DNA of 64,000 bases from an uncultured bacterium (GCA_963848965.1 CAWKFG010000001.1:448001-512000); one strand, 5' to 3'. Positions 39,111 through 50,015 are shown, counted from the first letter of the stretch. Notes: generated by a model from the sequence alone, not told the origin. A program made the numbers and translations.

Positions 39111-40607
39111 ATGAATCGTTTATTTTATATAATTGTGGTTATTAGTGCTTTGGGTGGCGCTGCTATGTATTGGTATCAAAAAAAAGAGGCTCGTGTTCAT
39201 GCAACATTTGACATGAAAAAGGCGCTCGAGAAGAAAAATATAGTCCCTGTAGCTGTTATTGGATCGGGGCCAGCTGGCTTAAGTGCAGCCCTCTATACTG
39301 CGCGGGCTTCCTTGTACACTGTGGTATTTCAAGGAAAGACGCCGGGAGGGCAACTAACAGGTACTACCTACGTTGAAAACTGGCCAGGAACACCAAAGTT
39401 GCTTGGATCACAGCTTATTGATATTAATAAAAAGCAGGCGGAAAAATTTGGAGCTCTTATGGTAAATGATACTATAGAGTCAGTCGATTTTTCTTCGTGG
39501 CCTTATGCACTTAAAACAGAAGATGGGCATGAGCTCTTTGCTCTTGCAGTTGTTATAGCTACAGGAGCAAATCCTCGATTGCTGAGTGATACTAAACCAG
39601 TACCTGGAGAAAAGGAGTACTGGGGTTATGGGGTAACTACCTGTGCTGTATGCGACGCTCCATTTTATAAAGGTAAAAAAGTTGTTGTTGTAGGAGGCGG
39701 TGATTCTGCAGTTGAAGAAGCTATGCTTCTTTCTACCTATGCAAATGAAGTAACTATGCTTGTACGTGGTGCATCGATGCGAGCGGCACCTGCCATGAAA
39801 GATAGATTAAAGGCAATAAATAAAATTAAGGTGATGTATAACACTGAGATTACTCAAATTATAGGGGAAGGTAAGGCAGTTACTGCGGTAGAATTGCTGA
39901 ATACTAAAGATAATACAAAATCTACCCTTGCTGTTGATGGAGTATTTTTAGCAATTGGGCATAAGCCAAATAGTGATATCTTTAAAAAGTACCTTAAGCT
40001 AGATCAGTTAGGATATATTGAGATGCATGATCGTTCACAAGCTACCTCATTACCAGGAGTATTCGCAGCAGGTGATGTTACTGATAAGGTATATAGACAG
40101 GCAGGGGTTGCAGCTGGTGATGGTATTAAAGCAGCACTTGATGCTAATGCGTTCTTACAACACAACGGATTTAATGAGACTGTTGCTCGTCAACTTGAAA
40201 AGAACTATTATGATCCACATCAGGATCTGCCTGCGGTAAAGCTTGAACATATTGTAACAAACAAGGATTTTGACGCACTTGCAAAACTCCCAGAGCCTCT
40301 CATTGTTGATGTCGGTGCAGATTATTGTCCAACATGTAAAGTACTACTTCCTGTAGTAGAAACTGTTGCTGCTCAAATGCAAGGAAAAGCACACTTTAGG
40401 CAAATAGATTTAGGTGATAATCCTACAGAGTTGGTAAAGCGGTTTGATCTAAAGGCTATACCTGCATTACTTATCTTTAAAAATGGGCAGCTTGTTTCCC
40501 GTTATGATCAGCAATTGTTTACTAAACGTGAGCTGTATAACCTTGTAAATCAACTTATTATGGGTGAAGAAGAGAAGAAAGAAGAGAAAAAGGCGGCATC
40601 ATTATGA
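39111..40607 (+). CDS. trxB: Thioredoxin reductase fused to C-terminal thioredoxin, with N-terminal hydrophobic anchor
   Basis: IGSGPAG, ENWPG, CAVCD, VGGGDSA.EEA, FAAGDV.D..YRQA; C-terminal A.YCPTC...IPALLIFKNG. Confidence 0.92.
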   Translation: MNRLFYIIVVISALGGAAMYWYQKKEARVHATFDMKKALEKKNIVPVAVIGSGPAGLSAALYTARASLYTVVFQGKTPGGQLTGTTYVENWPGTPKLLGSQLIDINKKQAEKFGALMVNDTIESVDFSSWPYALKTEDGHELFALAVVIATGANPRLLSDTKPVPGEKEYWGYGVTTCAVCDAPFYKGKKVVVVGGGDSAVEEAMLLSTYANEVTMLVRGASMRAAPAMKDRLKAINKIKVMYNTEITQIIGEGKAVTAVELLNTKDNTKSTLAVDGVFLAIGHKPNSDIFKKYLKLDQLGYIEMHDRSQATSLPGVFAAGDVTDKVYRQAGVAAGDGIKAALDANAFLQHNGFNETVARQLEKNYYDPHQDLPAVKLEHIVTNKDFDALAKLPEPLIVDVGADYCPTCKVLLPVVETVAAQMQGKAHFRQIDLGDNPTELVKRFDLKAIPALLIFKNGQLVSRYDQQLFTKRELYNLVNQLIMGEEEKKEEKKAASL

Positions 40608-40622
40608 TGCCGCCCTCATGTT

Positions 40623-43124
40623 CTATTGAAGTGCTGGTAAGCCCTGTTGTGCACGTGTAGCATTGATTTGCGATAAGTTTGGTACACTACCCATAGGTGG
40701 AGCTGGTAGTTTTAGGATGAGCCGCATTTGATTAAGAACATCCTGCGATATAGTTGGATATTGCGATACAATCGTGCCAAGAGCAAATAAGTTTACTGGA
40801 GTATACTTTGTTAAGTCCCTAGCTACAGGAACTGCTTCTATATAATAGAGAGCCTGCATTTGAGGATTATTGAAGTCTCGTCCTATAGAAGCTGCAAGGC
40901 TTCTTCTTACTATATCAAGAGCAGCATCAGAAAGTGTTGGATTAGCTGCTTTCATCTGCTTAATTTGAGCTTCTATAGCATTAGGCGTTAATTGTGGCCC
41001 AGCAACGAATTCGTCAATATCATTTGCTTTAGATGGTACTTTACCTTTACAGCGCGCAACTGCAGCGTCAAGTTTGGTTTTAGTAGCATTAAGACCACTA
41101 ATTTGCTGTTGTGCTTTGGTTATATTAGCTTTATTTTCTGTATCGAATGCTGCATCTTTTTTATCAATATCAGCAATCTTTTTATCAAGATCGGCTATTT
41201 GATTATTAAGAGATTCGACTTCCTTTTCACGTTTGTCAATCTCTTTATTGGCATCGATAAGCATCTGTTTTGCAGATTCTGTACAAGCTTTACCCCATTT
41301 CTCTAAAGCTGTTTGGGTTAGTTTTACATAGACACCATAGCTTGTATCTTGAGAAAGGTCTCCAGTAGCAGGTGCTGTTGTACCTGCCTTGAGAGCATCA
41401 GCAGCTGATTTAAGAGAATCTGAGGCTGCTTTTTGTGAAGCAGCTGCGGCTGCGCTAGGAGATACAGCACCGATTGCACTAATTCTTACGGTAGCAGAGA
41501 ACTCTTTAAAGATATCAACAGATACTTGGAAGCTTAACCCTTTTGTAGAAAGGTTAATAGTAGTTCCGGATTTGATACCGTCAAAGATATCGAGTTCTAC
41601 TGTTGCATCAATAAAGAGACTAGCAAGAAGCTTCTTAGGATCTACCTGAATTTGCACAACAGCACCATCATCGGCAGTACCAGCTTTTCTATCTGGGCCA
41701 GCGCCTGTTATAGACAGAGGTCCTATCTTGAATGCTTGGATATAACCAAGAGCGTTGATACCTTCTTCATCTACTCGTACAGCAAGGCCAACATCAGTTT
41801 TAAGAATATCGGCAACAACTTCAACTTCAATACCTTTTTTGTATATTTTATCTCCAAAGAAGGTATCTTTTGGCACAATATACACTTTGAATGTCTTGAA
41901 GCCGATATGAGGAAGATCTTTGGCAATGCCAGAGATATCTTTCTTTGTCACTCGTTTAATAATGTCTGCAGCAAAGGCAACAATATCACTTAAATAGAGA
42001 CCGCCTTCAAGGCTGCTGACAAGCATAAGGTCTGGTGAGGTAGAAAAGTCTATACAGCCAAGAACAGATAATGTTTTTTCACCAAAGCCGATAGCACCCT
42101 GTAAACAGAACCCTGAAAGGGCCAAGAGTCCACCTGATGCAGTAGCAGCAGCAAGGTCCATATCTGCACGAACACCAAATTGGCCAATACGAAGTCCATT
42201 AAGGCCAAAAGCATTTTCATAAAATCCTTGCATCCAGCCGGTAATATAAAGCTTTGGAGGAGCGGTTTTTGCTCGTATTTCACCAAAGAAGAGTAAAGGA
42301 GCAGTTTGAGTAGGAATTTTAATACTTAAGCCAGTTTTAATAGCAATGTCAAGTGTTGGAACACCAGGTGTTGCTTCTGTAATAGCCAACGTAAGAACGA
42401 GTCCTGTAGTTTCTCCTACTTTACCAAGGCTAATTTTACCAGGAAGCGTGATAGACAAGAATGAGCCACTTATTTGTGGATTAATAGTTCCTTGTACGAT
42501 AATTTCTGTCATATCTTTGCCGATGGCACGCAATAGTTTTTCAATTTCACCGCCTACTTTAACTCCAGCAACGAGCGTGAATCCTGGTTTTACTCGAATA
42601 TTCCAATCTGGATCCCAATAACCTTCATTAGAATCGTCTTTTGAGAAGATGAAGGCTGCTTTAGTAAGCTGCAATACATCAAGTGCTTTAAGTTTGCTGT
42701 CGATTTGAGAGAGTTTAAATCCTTGTCCAAGACCGACAATAACACTCAGTTTTTGTCCGCCACCCTGCAGGTTAACGATACGAACTTTTACATCAACAGT
42801 TACAGTTGCAATAGTTGCTTGTCCTGTAATGATAGTACCAAAGTCAGTAGGGCTTGTGGCTGATTCAGGATCTCGTTTAACCGGAACATTTTTTGTAATG
42901 GTAGGTTTAACGATAGATACCTTTTTCAAAAAGTTAGTAACACCACTTGGTAATGGAATCTTTTTAATAAAAGAAAGATCACCAATAACTATAGGCTTAC
43001 CCTGCGATGCAGTAGCAGTAATAGCAGCACCTTCATCAGATTCTGTCGTTTGGCTATAGAGTGGTGCTATAAGGAGGCTGCTTGTAAAAAGAAGGATAAG
43101 AATGAATTTATTTTGTATTTTCAT
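40623..43124 (-). CDS. Large exported beta-rich protein with coiled-coil region
   Basis: 833 aa, signal peptide, roughly 500 aa of alternating Gly/hydrophobic strands, then heptad repeats. Confidence 0.75.
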   Translation of the reverse strand: MKIQNKFILILLFTSSLLIAPLYSQTTESDEGAAITATASQGKPIVIGDLSFIKKIPLPSGVTNFLKKVSIVKPTITKNVPVKRDPESATSPTDFGTIITGQATIATVTVDVKVRIVNLQGGGQKLSVIVGLGQGFKLSQIDSKLKALDVLQLTKAAFIFSKDDSNEGYWDPDWNIRVKPGFTLVAGVKVGGEIEKLLRAIGKDMTEIIVQGTINPQISGSFLSITLPGKISLGKVGETTGLVLTLAITEATPGVPTLDIAIKTGLSIKIPTQTAPLLFFGEIRAKTAPPKLYITGWMQGFYENAFGLNGLRIGQFGVRADMDLAAATASGGLLALSGFCLQGAIGFGEKTLSVLGCIDFSTSPDLMLVSSLEGGLYLSDIVAFAADIIKRVTKKDISGIAKDLPHIGFKTFKVYIVPKDTFFGDKIYKKGIEVEVVADILKTDVGLAVRVDEEGINALGYIQAFKIGPLSITGAGPDRKAGTADDGAVVQIQVDPKKLLASLFIDATVELDIFDGIKSGTTINLSTKGLSFQVSVDIFKEFSATVRISAIGAVSPSAAAAASQKAASDSLKSAADALKAGTTAPATGDLSQDTSYGVYVKLTQTALEKWGKACTESAKQMLIDANKEIDKREKEVESLNNQIADLDKKIADIDKKDAAFDTENKANITKAQQQISGLNATKTKLDAAVARCKGKVPSKANDIDEFVAGPQLTPNAIEAQIKQMKAANPTLSDAALDIVRRSLAASIGRDFNNPQMQALYYIEAVPVARDLTKYTPVNLFALGTIVSQYPTISQDVLNQMRLILKLPAPPMGSVPNLSQINATRAQQGLPALQ

Positions 43125-43133
43125 GGTAGTCCT

Positions 43134-43796
43134 TTAAAGCTTAATATTTTTAGCAGCTGCTTCGATGATAGACTTGGCACTTCCAGCAATGTCTTTAAAG
43201 TTGATTTGAAGATCAAAATCGATCTTTTTACCTGCTATAATTGCAGTGAGACCAACTTTAGGAAGTTTACCTTTTTTAATATCAGCAAGATTCATATCAA
43301 ATTCCATACGCTGAATATCAAATCCGCCACTAATAGCTTTACCAACTACTTGACCAAGAACGCTGGTAGCAGTAGCCATACCACGAACAGCTTCAAGGCC
43401 AGCTTTACCGGTTTCTCGAGTAGCAACAAGACCTGCACGAGCAGCTACAAGTCCAGCTTTTTCTGTTTGTAGAGCAGTTCTACGAGGATCAAGGCGCTGC
43501 AGCTGCATAGCAGCATCTAGTACACCTTTTGCTACAGCATAGGCCGCTTTTTTTCCGGCCCATTCGGTACCTAATGGTACTACGTCAATGCACTCACCTA
43601 CTTTTTCAAAAGCTTTCTTTAAATCATTTGCTCGATCTTCAAACCAATTGCCAACTGTTTGAAAACCTTCTTTAATACCAGAACCGACTTTTTCAAAGCC
43701 ACTCTTAATATCATCAAAGACATTACTATAGAGCATGTGGTAACTAATACCAGCAGCAATACAGACTCCAAGTGCTATGAGTAGATGTTTTTTCAT
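43134..43796 (-). CDS. Exported amphipathic/coiled-coil protein, probably co-transcribed with the 833-aa gene
   Basis: 220 aa, signal peptide, 11-mer amphipathic repeats (GFEKVG..IK), 9-bp gap to next gene. Confidence 0.75.
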   Translation of the reverse strand: MKKHLLIALGVCIAAGISYHMLYSNVFDDIKSGFEKVGSGIKEGFQTVGNWFEDRANDLKKAFEKVGECIDVVPLGTEWAGKKAAYAVAKGVLDAAMQLQRLDPRRTALQTEKAGLVAARAGLVATRETGKAGLEAVRGMATATSVLGQVVGKAISGGFDIQRMEFDMNLADIKKGKLPKVGLTAIIAGKKIDFDLQINFKDIAGSAKSIIEAAAKNIKL

Positions 43797-44039
43797 TTTT
43801 TCTCCTTTTACCTGTGCTATTTTCGGCGCTTTATTTCAGTTTACTTGGTAATATTTTCAATTTGCAATAATTTACAAATAAAGCTTAAATTTTAAGGATA
43901 AAAAATTGATTAAAAAGTAAAAAAACAAGAATAAAGGACCGACTTTCTTTTTTCGTATTAAATTATTGCAATTAGCAATTTAGAATTGGTAGTATAAGAA
44001 TAAGTTTAACTGTAAGATGCTGAACAGGGGGAGTAAGCT

Positions 44040-45128
44040 ATGAAGCGAGTGAGTGGGGTGCTGCTCGCAGTCAGTGCCATGTGGGGAAGTAATTTGGCTG
44101 TTTCAAACAGTATTTTACAGAAGCATCATAAAACATTAAAGTATCTTTTTAATGCACATGAAGAAAAGGTCTCGTTTTATTCACGAGAAAGTGCGTACTC
44201 AGACAAGAAACTTCTTCGTAAAGGTATTCTTTTGCGACGTCCAGGAGCAAAAGCAACTGTTCTTATTTGTCATGGGTTTATGTGTGATAAGTTTGATGTT
44301 AGTTTCTTACATCTTATGTTTAAAGAATATAATAGTATGACATTCGACTTTAGAGGGCATGGAGAGGAGACAGAAGGGCAGTACTGTACGCTTGGCAGAG
44401 ATGAGTCATATGATGTTATAGCTGCGGCAGAGTTTATTAGAAAACACCCAGATTTGAAAGATAAGCCTCTTATTGTGTACGGATTTTCCATGGGTGCAGT
44501 AGCATCTATTCTTGCACAAGCTCAAGAAAGAACATTATTTGATGCTATGATTTTAGATTGTCCGTTTGATTCAACTGATAAACTTTTAGAGCGCGGTCTT
44601 GACCAACTTAAAATTAATCTTTTTGGGTATGAAATGGCATTACCAGGATCATCTCTTTTAAAAAGTTATGCCTATAGTCCTTTTGTACAATCGCTTCTTA
44701 AAGCAATTCTTAAAACATTTACTAAAATGGATTCAACACAGATTACTACCTGTATCTCCCCTGTATATGCAGAAGAGGCAAGTAAATATATCTCTATTCC
44801 GTGCCAAGTAATCGGATGTGCGCAAGATGATAAGGCTCCAGAGGAGGCCGTACTCTCTGTGTATAATGGGCTAACAGGCTTTAAGCGTCTTTGGATTACT
44901 GATGGTAGACGGCACTATGATTCAATTTTTTACCGAATGCATGAATATTTTTATCGCGTAAAACAGTTTATTAAAAAATATCTTGATGGATCTTTAGCAC
45001 GGAGGAAACAACACAAAATTAAAAAAGAGCATATAGCTGCAAAAATTCCACCTGCAGAAGTTACACAAGAAACATTATCTGATGTTGTTGCTGCAGAGTC
45101 TTTACAAAAGCTGCAAAATGCTCTATAG
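44040..45128 (+). CDS. Alpha/beta hydrolase
   Basis: LICHGF, FDFRGHG, GFSMG, D and H of catalytic triad. Confidence 0.88.
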   Translation: MKRVSGVLLAVSAMWGSNLAVSNSILQKHHKTLKYLFNAHEEKVSFYSRESAYSDKKLLRKGILLRRPGAKATVLICHGFMCDKFDVSFLHLMFKEYNSMTFDFRGHGEETEGQYCTLGRDESYDVIAAAEFIRKHPDLKDKPLIVYGFSMGAVASILAQAQERTLFDAMILDCPFDSTDKLLERGLDQLKINLFGYEMALPGSSLLKSYAYSPFVQSLLKAILKTFTKMDSTQITTCISPVYAEEASKYISIPCQVIGCAQDDKAPEEAVLSVYNGLTGFKRLWITDGRRHYDSIFYRMHEYFYRVKQFIKKYLDGSLARRKQHKIKKEHIAAKIPPAEVTQETLSDVVAAESLQKLQNAL

Positions 45129-45201
45129 ATTATCGCTTCCACTCCTCATAAGGCCTCACCTTGGGTGAGGCTTAAATGTTTTCTATGGTAATGAGAGATG
45201 C

Positions 45202-45864
45202 TTAGTTATGCACCCTAAGGTGGCACAGAGATGCAGGCCAGCGCTTACCACAGAGCTCATTGATCCACTTTTCAGTTCCAGGGTTTCTAAATCCATGCTC
45301 TCTAATTACAATACCAGGATGTATGCCGAAGTAGTTAAAGAGAACTGACATGAGCATACCAATAAATTGAAGATCATTGAAAAAGTGAGCATTGTCTTTT
45401 TGTTGAGTAATCTGATTTAAAGCTTTTACAGCTTTAGTAATGTCTTCAGCTGCATCGAATTCCTTCTTTATTGAAGGACCAATAGCAGGATAGAGAAATT
45501 CAAAGAACTCGTCCTCTTTGTTAATTACATCATATTGTTTGTGTAAAAGTTGTGCGAGATTATCAACAAATTGGCGATTAGAGAAAAATGGAGCATTTTC
45601 TTTTTGCCGTGCTAGCTCTTTTAGAGCGTTCATAGCTTCAGTATATCCTTCCTGGTATGTTGGATGTTGTTCTAGAATATTTTTTATCTGACTCTCAAGT
45701 CTATAAAGCTCTGACCCCGTTATTGTCTTCTCTAATTCCTTAAAAACGTCAGCAGGTAATAAACCTAACAAAGATCCTTCATAAGGACGCTGAGCTTCTG
45801 GTAAGTGTGCTGCAAAGCTTGTTGTTGCCATCGATAGCAAGAGAATTACATATATTTTTAGCAT
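45202..45864 (-). CDS. Exported hypothetical protein with F-box-like start and internal helical duplication
   Basis: LLPADVFKEL; two copies of A..AL....QK.NA.FF....F...L...L. Confidence 0.65.
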   Translation of the reverse strand: MLKIYVILLLSMATTSFAAHLPEAQRPYEGSLLGLLPADVFKELEKTITGSELYRLESQIKNILEQHPTYQEGYTEAMNALKELARQKENAPFFSNRQFVDNLAQLLHKQYDVINKEDEFFEFLYPAIGPSIKKEFDAAEDITKAVKALNQITQQKDNAHFFNDLQFIGMLMSVLFNYFGIHPGIVIREHGFRNPGTEKWINELCGKRWPASLCHLRVHN

Positions 45865-46131
45865 AATTTTCCTTAGTTAATATATTTTATTTCAATTATT
45901 TAATGTAAATAAATCAGACCATAAAAATCAACTTTTTTGTATATTGAAATAATTTATATAAAGAAATTTCTGGAAGGGTGCAACAGAAGGTAAGGGTAGT
46001 ATAAAAGACGAAATAATAGAGAGGAAGTCTCTAAGGTAGGCAGAATAAGGATCTTGGTTTTCTGCAGGTTTTTGTATAGACTAGTTCTTACTTTAAATCT
46101 TTTGCATAAAGCACTTTTTTAAGGAAACACC

Positions 46132-47647
46132 ATGATTACTGTTACGCTTGATACGCAGAAAATGCTTGATGTTCAAGTAGATGCATACGCCTATGTACTT
46201 GAGCATGAGTTTGATTTTGCTTGGCTCTCGGAAGTTTCAAAAAGATTGTATCCTCCGCTTGCAATGGCTGCAAAGCAACGTGGATTTACAGGAGCAGCAG
46301 GAGATTCACTTATTCTTACAGGAGTACGTGATGGCAAGGCTGTGTACATTATTTTGCTAGGTCTTGGAGATGTCTGTGGAGAACAATTAGATGTTGAATC
46401 GTATAGACGAGCTATTGGTAAATTAGTACGTATTGCTGAAACGCATAAACTAAATTCGTTTGGTATTGAACTACCAAACCCTGCACGATTGGGACTTTCT
46501 TATCAAAGACTCGCGCAAGAAACGACTGTTATTTTGCAAAAAGCTTCATACCATTTTGATGAATATATTACCAATCCAGATCGAAAATTTCATTGGGATA
46601 TGACAGCTCGTCTTTTTGTAGGACCTGAATTTCAAGAGGTTGCTCAAAAAGGTATAAATCATGGTCTCTCTATAGCTGATGCGATTAATACTGCTCGTTA
46701 TTGGTGTGATTTACCTCCGTCAAAGCTTACCCCACCAGTTTTTGCACAACAAGCTGAGGAGATAGCTCGTGAATATGGGCTTAAATCAACTGTTTTTGAT
46801 CGTAAGGCAATTGTAGAGATGGGCATGGGCGGTATTGAAGGGGTAGCAAGGGGTTCCATGCATGAGCCGCGCTTGGTTATTTTAGAGTATAAAGCGCCAC
46901 GTGAAGATGCACCAACGATTGCATTGGTTGGTAAAGGAATTACCTTTGATTCTGGTGGATTAAGTTTAAAACCATCAGAGAGTATGTTAACTATGAAAGA
47001 TGATATGGCAGGAGCTGGAGTAGTGCTTGCTACTATGAAAGTGCTTGCTCAGTTAAAGCCTGAGATTAATGTTGTGGCACTTGCTCCCCTTGCTGAAAAT
47101 ATGCCAAGTGGAACTGCTCATAAACCGGGTGATATTATACGATTCTATAATGGAAAGACAGCAGAGGTAAAAGATACTGATGCAGAAGGTCGCCTTATAC
47201 TCGCAGATGCACTTTCGTATGCAGTGAAGAATTATAAACTTGATGCTCTCATAGATGTTGCTACACTCACAGGAGCATGTTTAGTTGCGCTAGGACCATT
47301 CTACGCTGCACTACTTAAGTCAGCATAATAGTCTTGCTGAAAAGGTCTGTATAGCTTCAGAGCACTCTGGTGATAGAGTGTGGCGCTTGCCTATGGATAA
47401 TGACTATAAAGCAGCTATTCGCTCTGACGTTGCTGATATAGCTAATATTGGAAGTCCTGTCTATAAAGCAGGTACTATTACTGCATCATTCTTTTTACAA
47501 AACTTTGTAGATGATGTTCCGTGGGTACATTTAGATGTGGCTGGAACTGCATTTGGTGTTCCTGATATGAGTTACTTACGCCCAGGAGCTACGGGGTTTG
47601 GTATTCGTCTTTTTGTAGATCTTATTATGCATTGGCATAAAGATTAA
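46132..47647 (+). pseudogene. pepA: Leucyl aminopeptidase (M17), frameshifted near 47317
   Basis: VGKGITFDSGGLSLK, MKDDMAG, DTDAEGRL.LAD, ATLTGA; the C-terminal WRLP...WVHLDVAG is in another frame; removing one A in CTTAAGT restores LLSQHNS. Confidence 0.88.
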
Positions 47648-47657
47648 TAGCCTTTAA

Positions 47658-47689
47658 TATAAAGGGCGCGAATACTCGCGCCCTTTATA
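47658..47689 (+). terminator. Intrinsic terminator after pepA
   Basis: TATAAAGGGCGCGA-ATAC-TCGCGCCCTTTATA. Confidence 0.75.
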
Positions 47690-47886
47690 ATGCATTCTTA
47701 GTCTCCTGTAGTCTTTACTCGTTGAGGCTCTAGTAAAAGAATTACTGAGCGGTTCTCAGAGCGAGATTTATGCTGCATTCATTGCGTATATCTTTCTTTT
47801 CTATATGATTATTGACAAGCATATTTTGATAATTTTATAGTGTGAAGGTAGTAATGATGGTACCTTTAACAGGAATGGGGAGAGTT

Positions 47887-48567
47887 ATGAATAAAAAGAG
47901 AACGTCTTTGTTATTCTTATGTGCGCTTTCACTGAGTTATCAGACAAGTACTATAAAAGCGCTTGATACTGACAATAATCAAGAAAAAGAAGCACGAGAA
48001 CAATTAAATGAAGTACGAGAAAGGGTAGATAGGGATGAGAGAAATTCTAAGGCATTTATTACCCTTACGCTTACTATGGGAGCATGTTGGATTTTAAATG
48101 AATTAGGAAGTAATAAGAATGCTATTAAATTTGGTCAAGAAAGTGATGCGAGCGTTACTTATGGAGAGTTAAAGTTTGTGCTTGGTTTTTCAGGGTTGCT
48201 CTGGGCGCTCAGAAATTGGGGTATAGAGTGGGCAGGAGATATAGCTAAAAAGCTTCCTATTGCTGCAGCAAGTCTTAAATTGGTGAACTGGAACGCATTT
48301 CAATCAATTGTGAAAAAGCTTCCGGGTGGTATTGGTAAAGAAATTGGTTGTACTACTGATCAACGGGTATCTTCTGCAGATCCACGAGATATACGAGTAG
48401 ATAGAGAAGATCCGCTTATTGAAGAATCTCAATTTGCTCTCAGACGCGGTTTACAAACAATCTTTATTTATAACTTAGCTGACAGGCTTTTACCACTTGC
48501 GTATAAAAAAGCTTCACAATCAGTTTCAAACTTTTTCAGAAAGAAACAGATAGTCATACAGCCGTAA
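47887..48567 (+). CDS. Hypothetical exported/membrane protein
   Basis: Signal peptide plus internal hydrophobic segments. Confidence 0.7.
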   Translation: MNKKRTSLLFLCALSLSYQTSTIKALDTDNNQEKEAREQLNEVRERVDRDERNSKAFITLTLTMGACWILNELGSNKNAIKFGQESDASVTYGELKFVLGFSGLLWALRNWGIEWAGDIAKKLPIAAASLKLVNWNAFQSIVKKLPGGIGKEIGCTTDQRVSSADPRDIRVDREDPLIEESQFALRRGLQTIFIYNLADRLLPLAYKKASQSVSNFFRKKQIVIQP

Positions 48568-48574
48568 GGTACTG

Positions 48575-48603
48575 AAAGCCGGAGAATACCTCCGGCTTTT
48601 TTT
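48575..48603. terminator. Bidirectional terminator
   Basis: AAAGCCGGAG-AATAC-CTCCGGCTTT between convergent genes. Confidence 0.7.
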
Positions 48604-49702
48604 ATGTTTTTGAACGAGTAAAATTTATAATAATGCCAAGCATACACAGGTTAATAAGAAGAGCGGAGTTACCATAACTTATAAAAGGAAGCCCTAATCC
48701 TTTGGTAGGCATAAGCCCTGTAGCAACAAAAAGATTTACCAGTGCCTGAAGTGTTGTAAGAATAACAAAGCCTGCTGTAGCGTAAAAACAAAAAGGATCT
48801 TTCAAAAATCGTGCAACCTTGAGTCCTGTATAAAGAAAAAGAACGTATAACATAATAAGACAGCTTGATCCTAGAAAGCCGGTCTCTTCTGCAATAATTG
48901 AGAAAATAAAGTCGGTATGTTGCATAGGTAAATAAAAAAATTTTTGCTTTGACTGTGCAATGCCTACTCCTGAGATATCTCCTGAACCAATGGCAATAAG
49001 TGATTGAATGATTTGGAACCCTGCTCCCTGAGGATCATTCCATGGATTTAAGAACGTAAGGACTCTTTGGAGTCGGTAGGGCTTAATGCATATAAGAGCA
49101 ACTGCCACAGGGATCATACTCCCTACCGTAGCAACCAAATGCTTTGTATGGCATTCTGCAAGAAAAAACAACAGAAAAGAGGTTAAAGAAAGAGTAACCG
49201 TTTGGCCAAAATCTGGCTGTTTTAAAAGAACAAGCGCAGTGCAGCCAAGTACACACAGTAAGGGAATATAGCCATGAATAAGAGAGCCAAGTCTATGCTG
49301 CTTTTTTGCAAGTAAATAAGCTATATACATAATGAATGCCATTTTAAGAATCTCACTAGGCTGAAAGCCAAAGCCACCTAGCGATATCCAGCGATTAGAG
49401 CCATGCACTGCAAAGCCAAGGCCAGGAATAAGCGTGAAGGCAGTAAGGAGTAATGAAGCACAAAATACCCACGGAGTACAGCGCTTTATGACGTCAAGTG
49501 AAAGGAAACGAAAGAAAAGGAGTCCTATAAGACCAAGAAAAAGTCCTATAAGTTGCTTTTTTACAAAATAATGAGCAGAGCCAAACTTTTCTAAAGCAAA
49601 GACTGAACTTGATGAATAAATAAAAATAAGACCAAGTATTATAAAGATTCCACTTAATGCTATAAATGAAAAAAGAGCTTTTTGTTTTTGTGTATCTACC
49701 AT
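48602..49702 (-). CDS. ftsW: SEDS peptidoglycan polymerase FtsW
   Basis: RWI.LG...QPSE..K, QPDFG, FL.PW.DP.G.GFQ..QS, HTDFIFS..AEE.G, PTKGL.LPFISYG. Confidence 0.92.
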   Translation of the reverse strand: MVDTQKQKALFSFIALSGIFIILGLIFIYSSSSVFALEKFGSAHYFVKKQLIGLFLGLIGLLFFRFLSLDVIKRCTPWVFCASLLLTAFTLIPGLGFAVHGSNRWISLGGFGFQPSEILKMAFIMYIAYLLAKKQHRLGSLIHGYIPLLCVLGCTALVLLKQPDFGQTVTLSLTSFLLFFLAECHTKHLVATVGSMIPVAVALICIKPYRLQRVLTFLNPWNDPQGAGFQIIQSLIAIGSGDISGVGIAQSKQKFFYLPMQHTDFIFSIIAEETGFLGSSCLIMLYVLFLYTGLKVARFLKDPFCFYATAGFVILTTLQALVNLFVATGLMPTKGLGLPFISYGNSALLINLCMLGIIINFTRSKT

Positions 49703-50015
49703 AATATTCTCCTTTGCTTTATAGGGTACTATAGTATAACAAGTAAGAGCAATGGTCTTTGTGTACTGGAAAAAATGCGCTTAATGTTTCTAATGCTGCA
49801 AATTTTGCAAAGTTTGTAGCATCCTTGAAGAGCGTAGTAGCTTTAAAGGGCTTTTAAAAGATTTTGCTTTTCTTATTAAAGTAGATTCGATTAAGAAAAA
49901 TTATCTTGTTTGACAATTTTAAGGATAAACATTAAGCTAATTTCAATTGATAAATTATAGTGTGCGTACCGTTTGCGTACGTAAGAGTTCAGTTTCTTGC
50001 TTACTTGAGGTAGAC

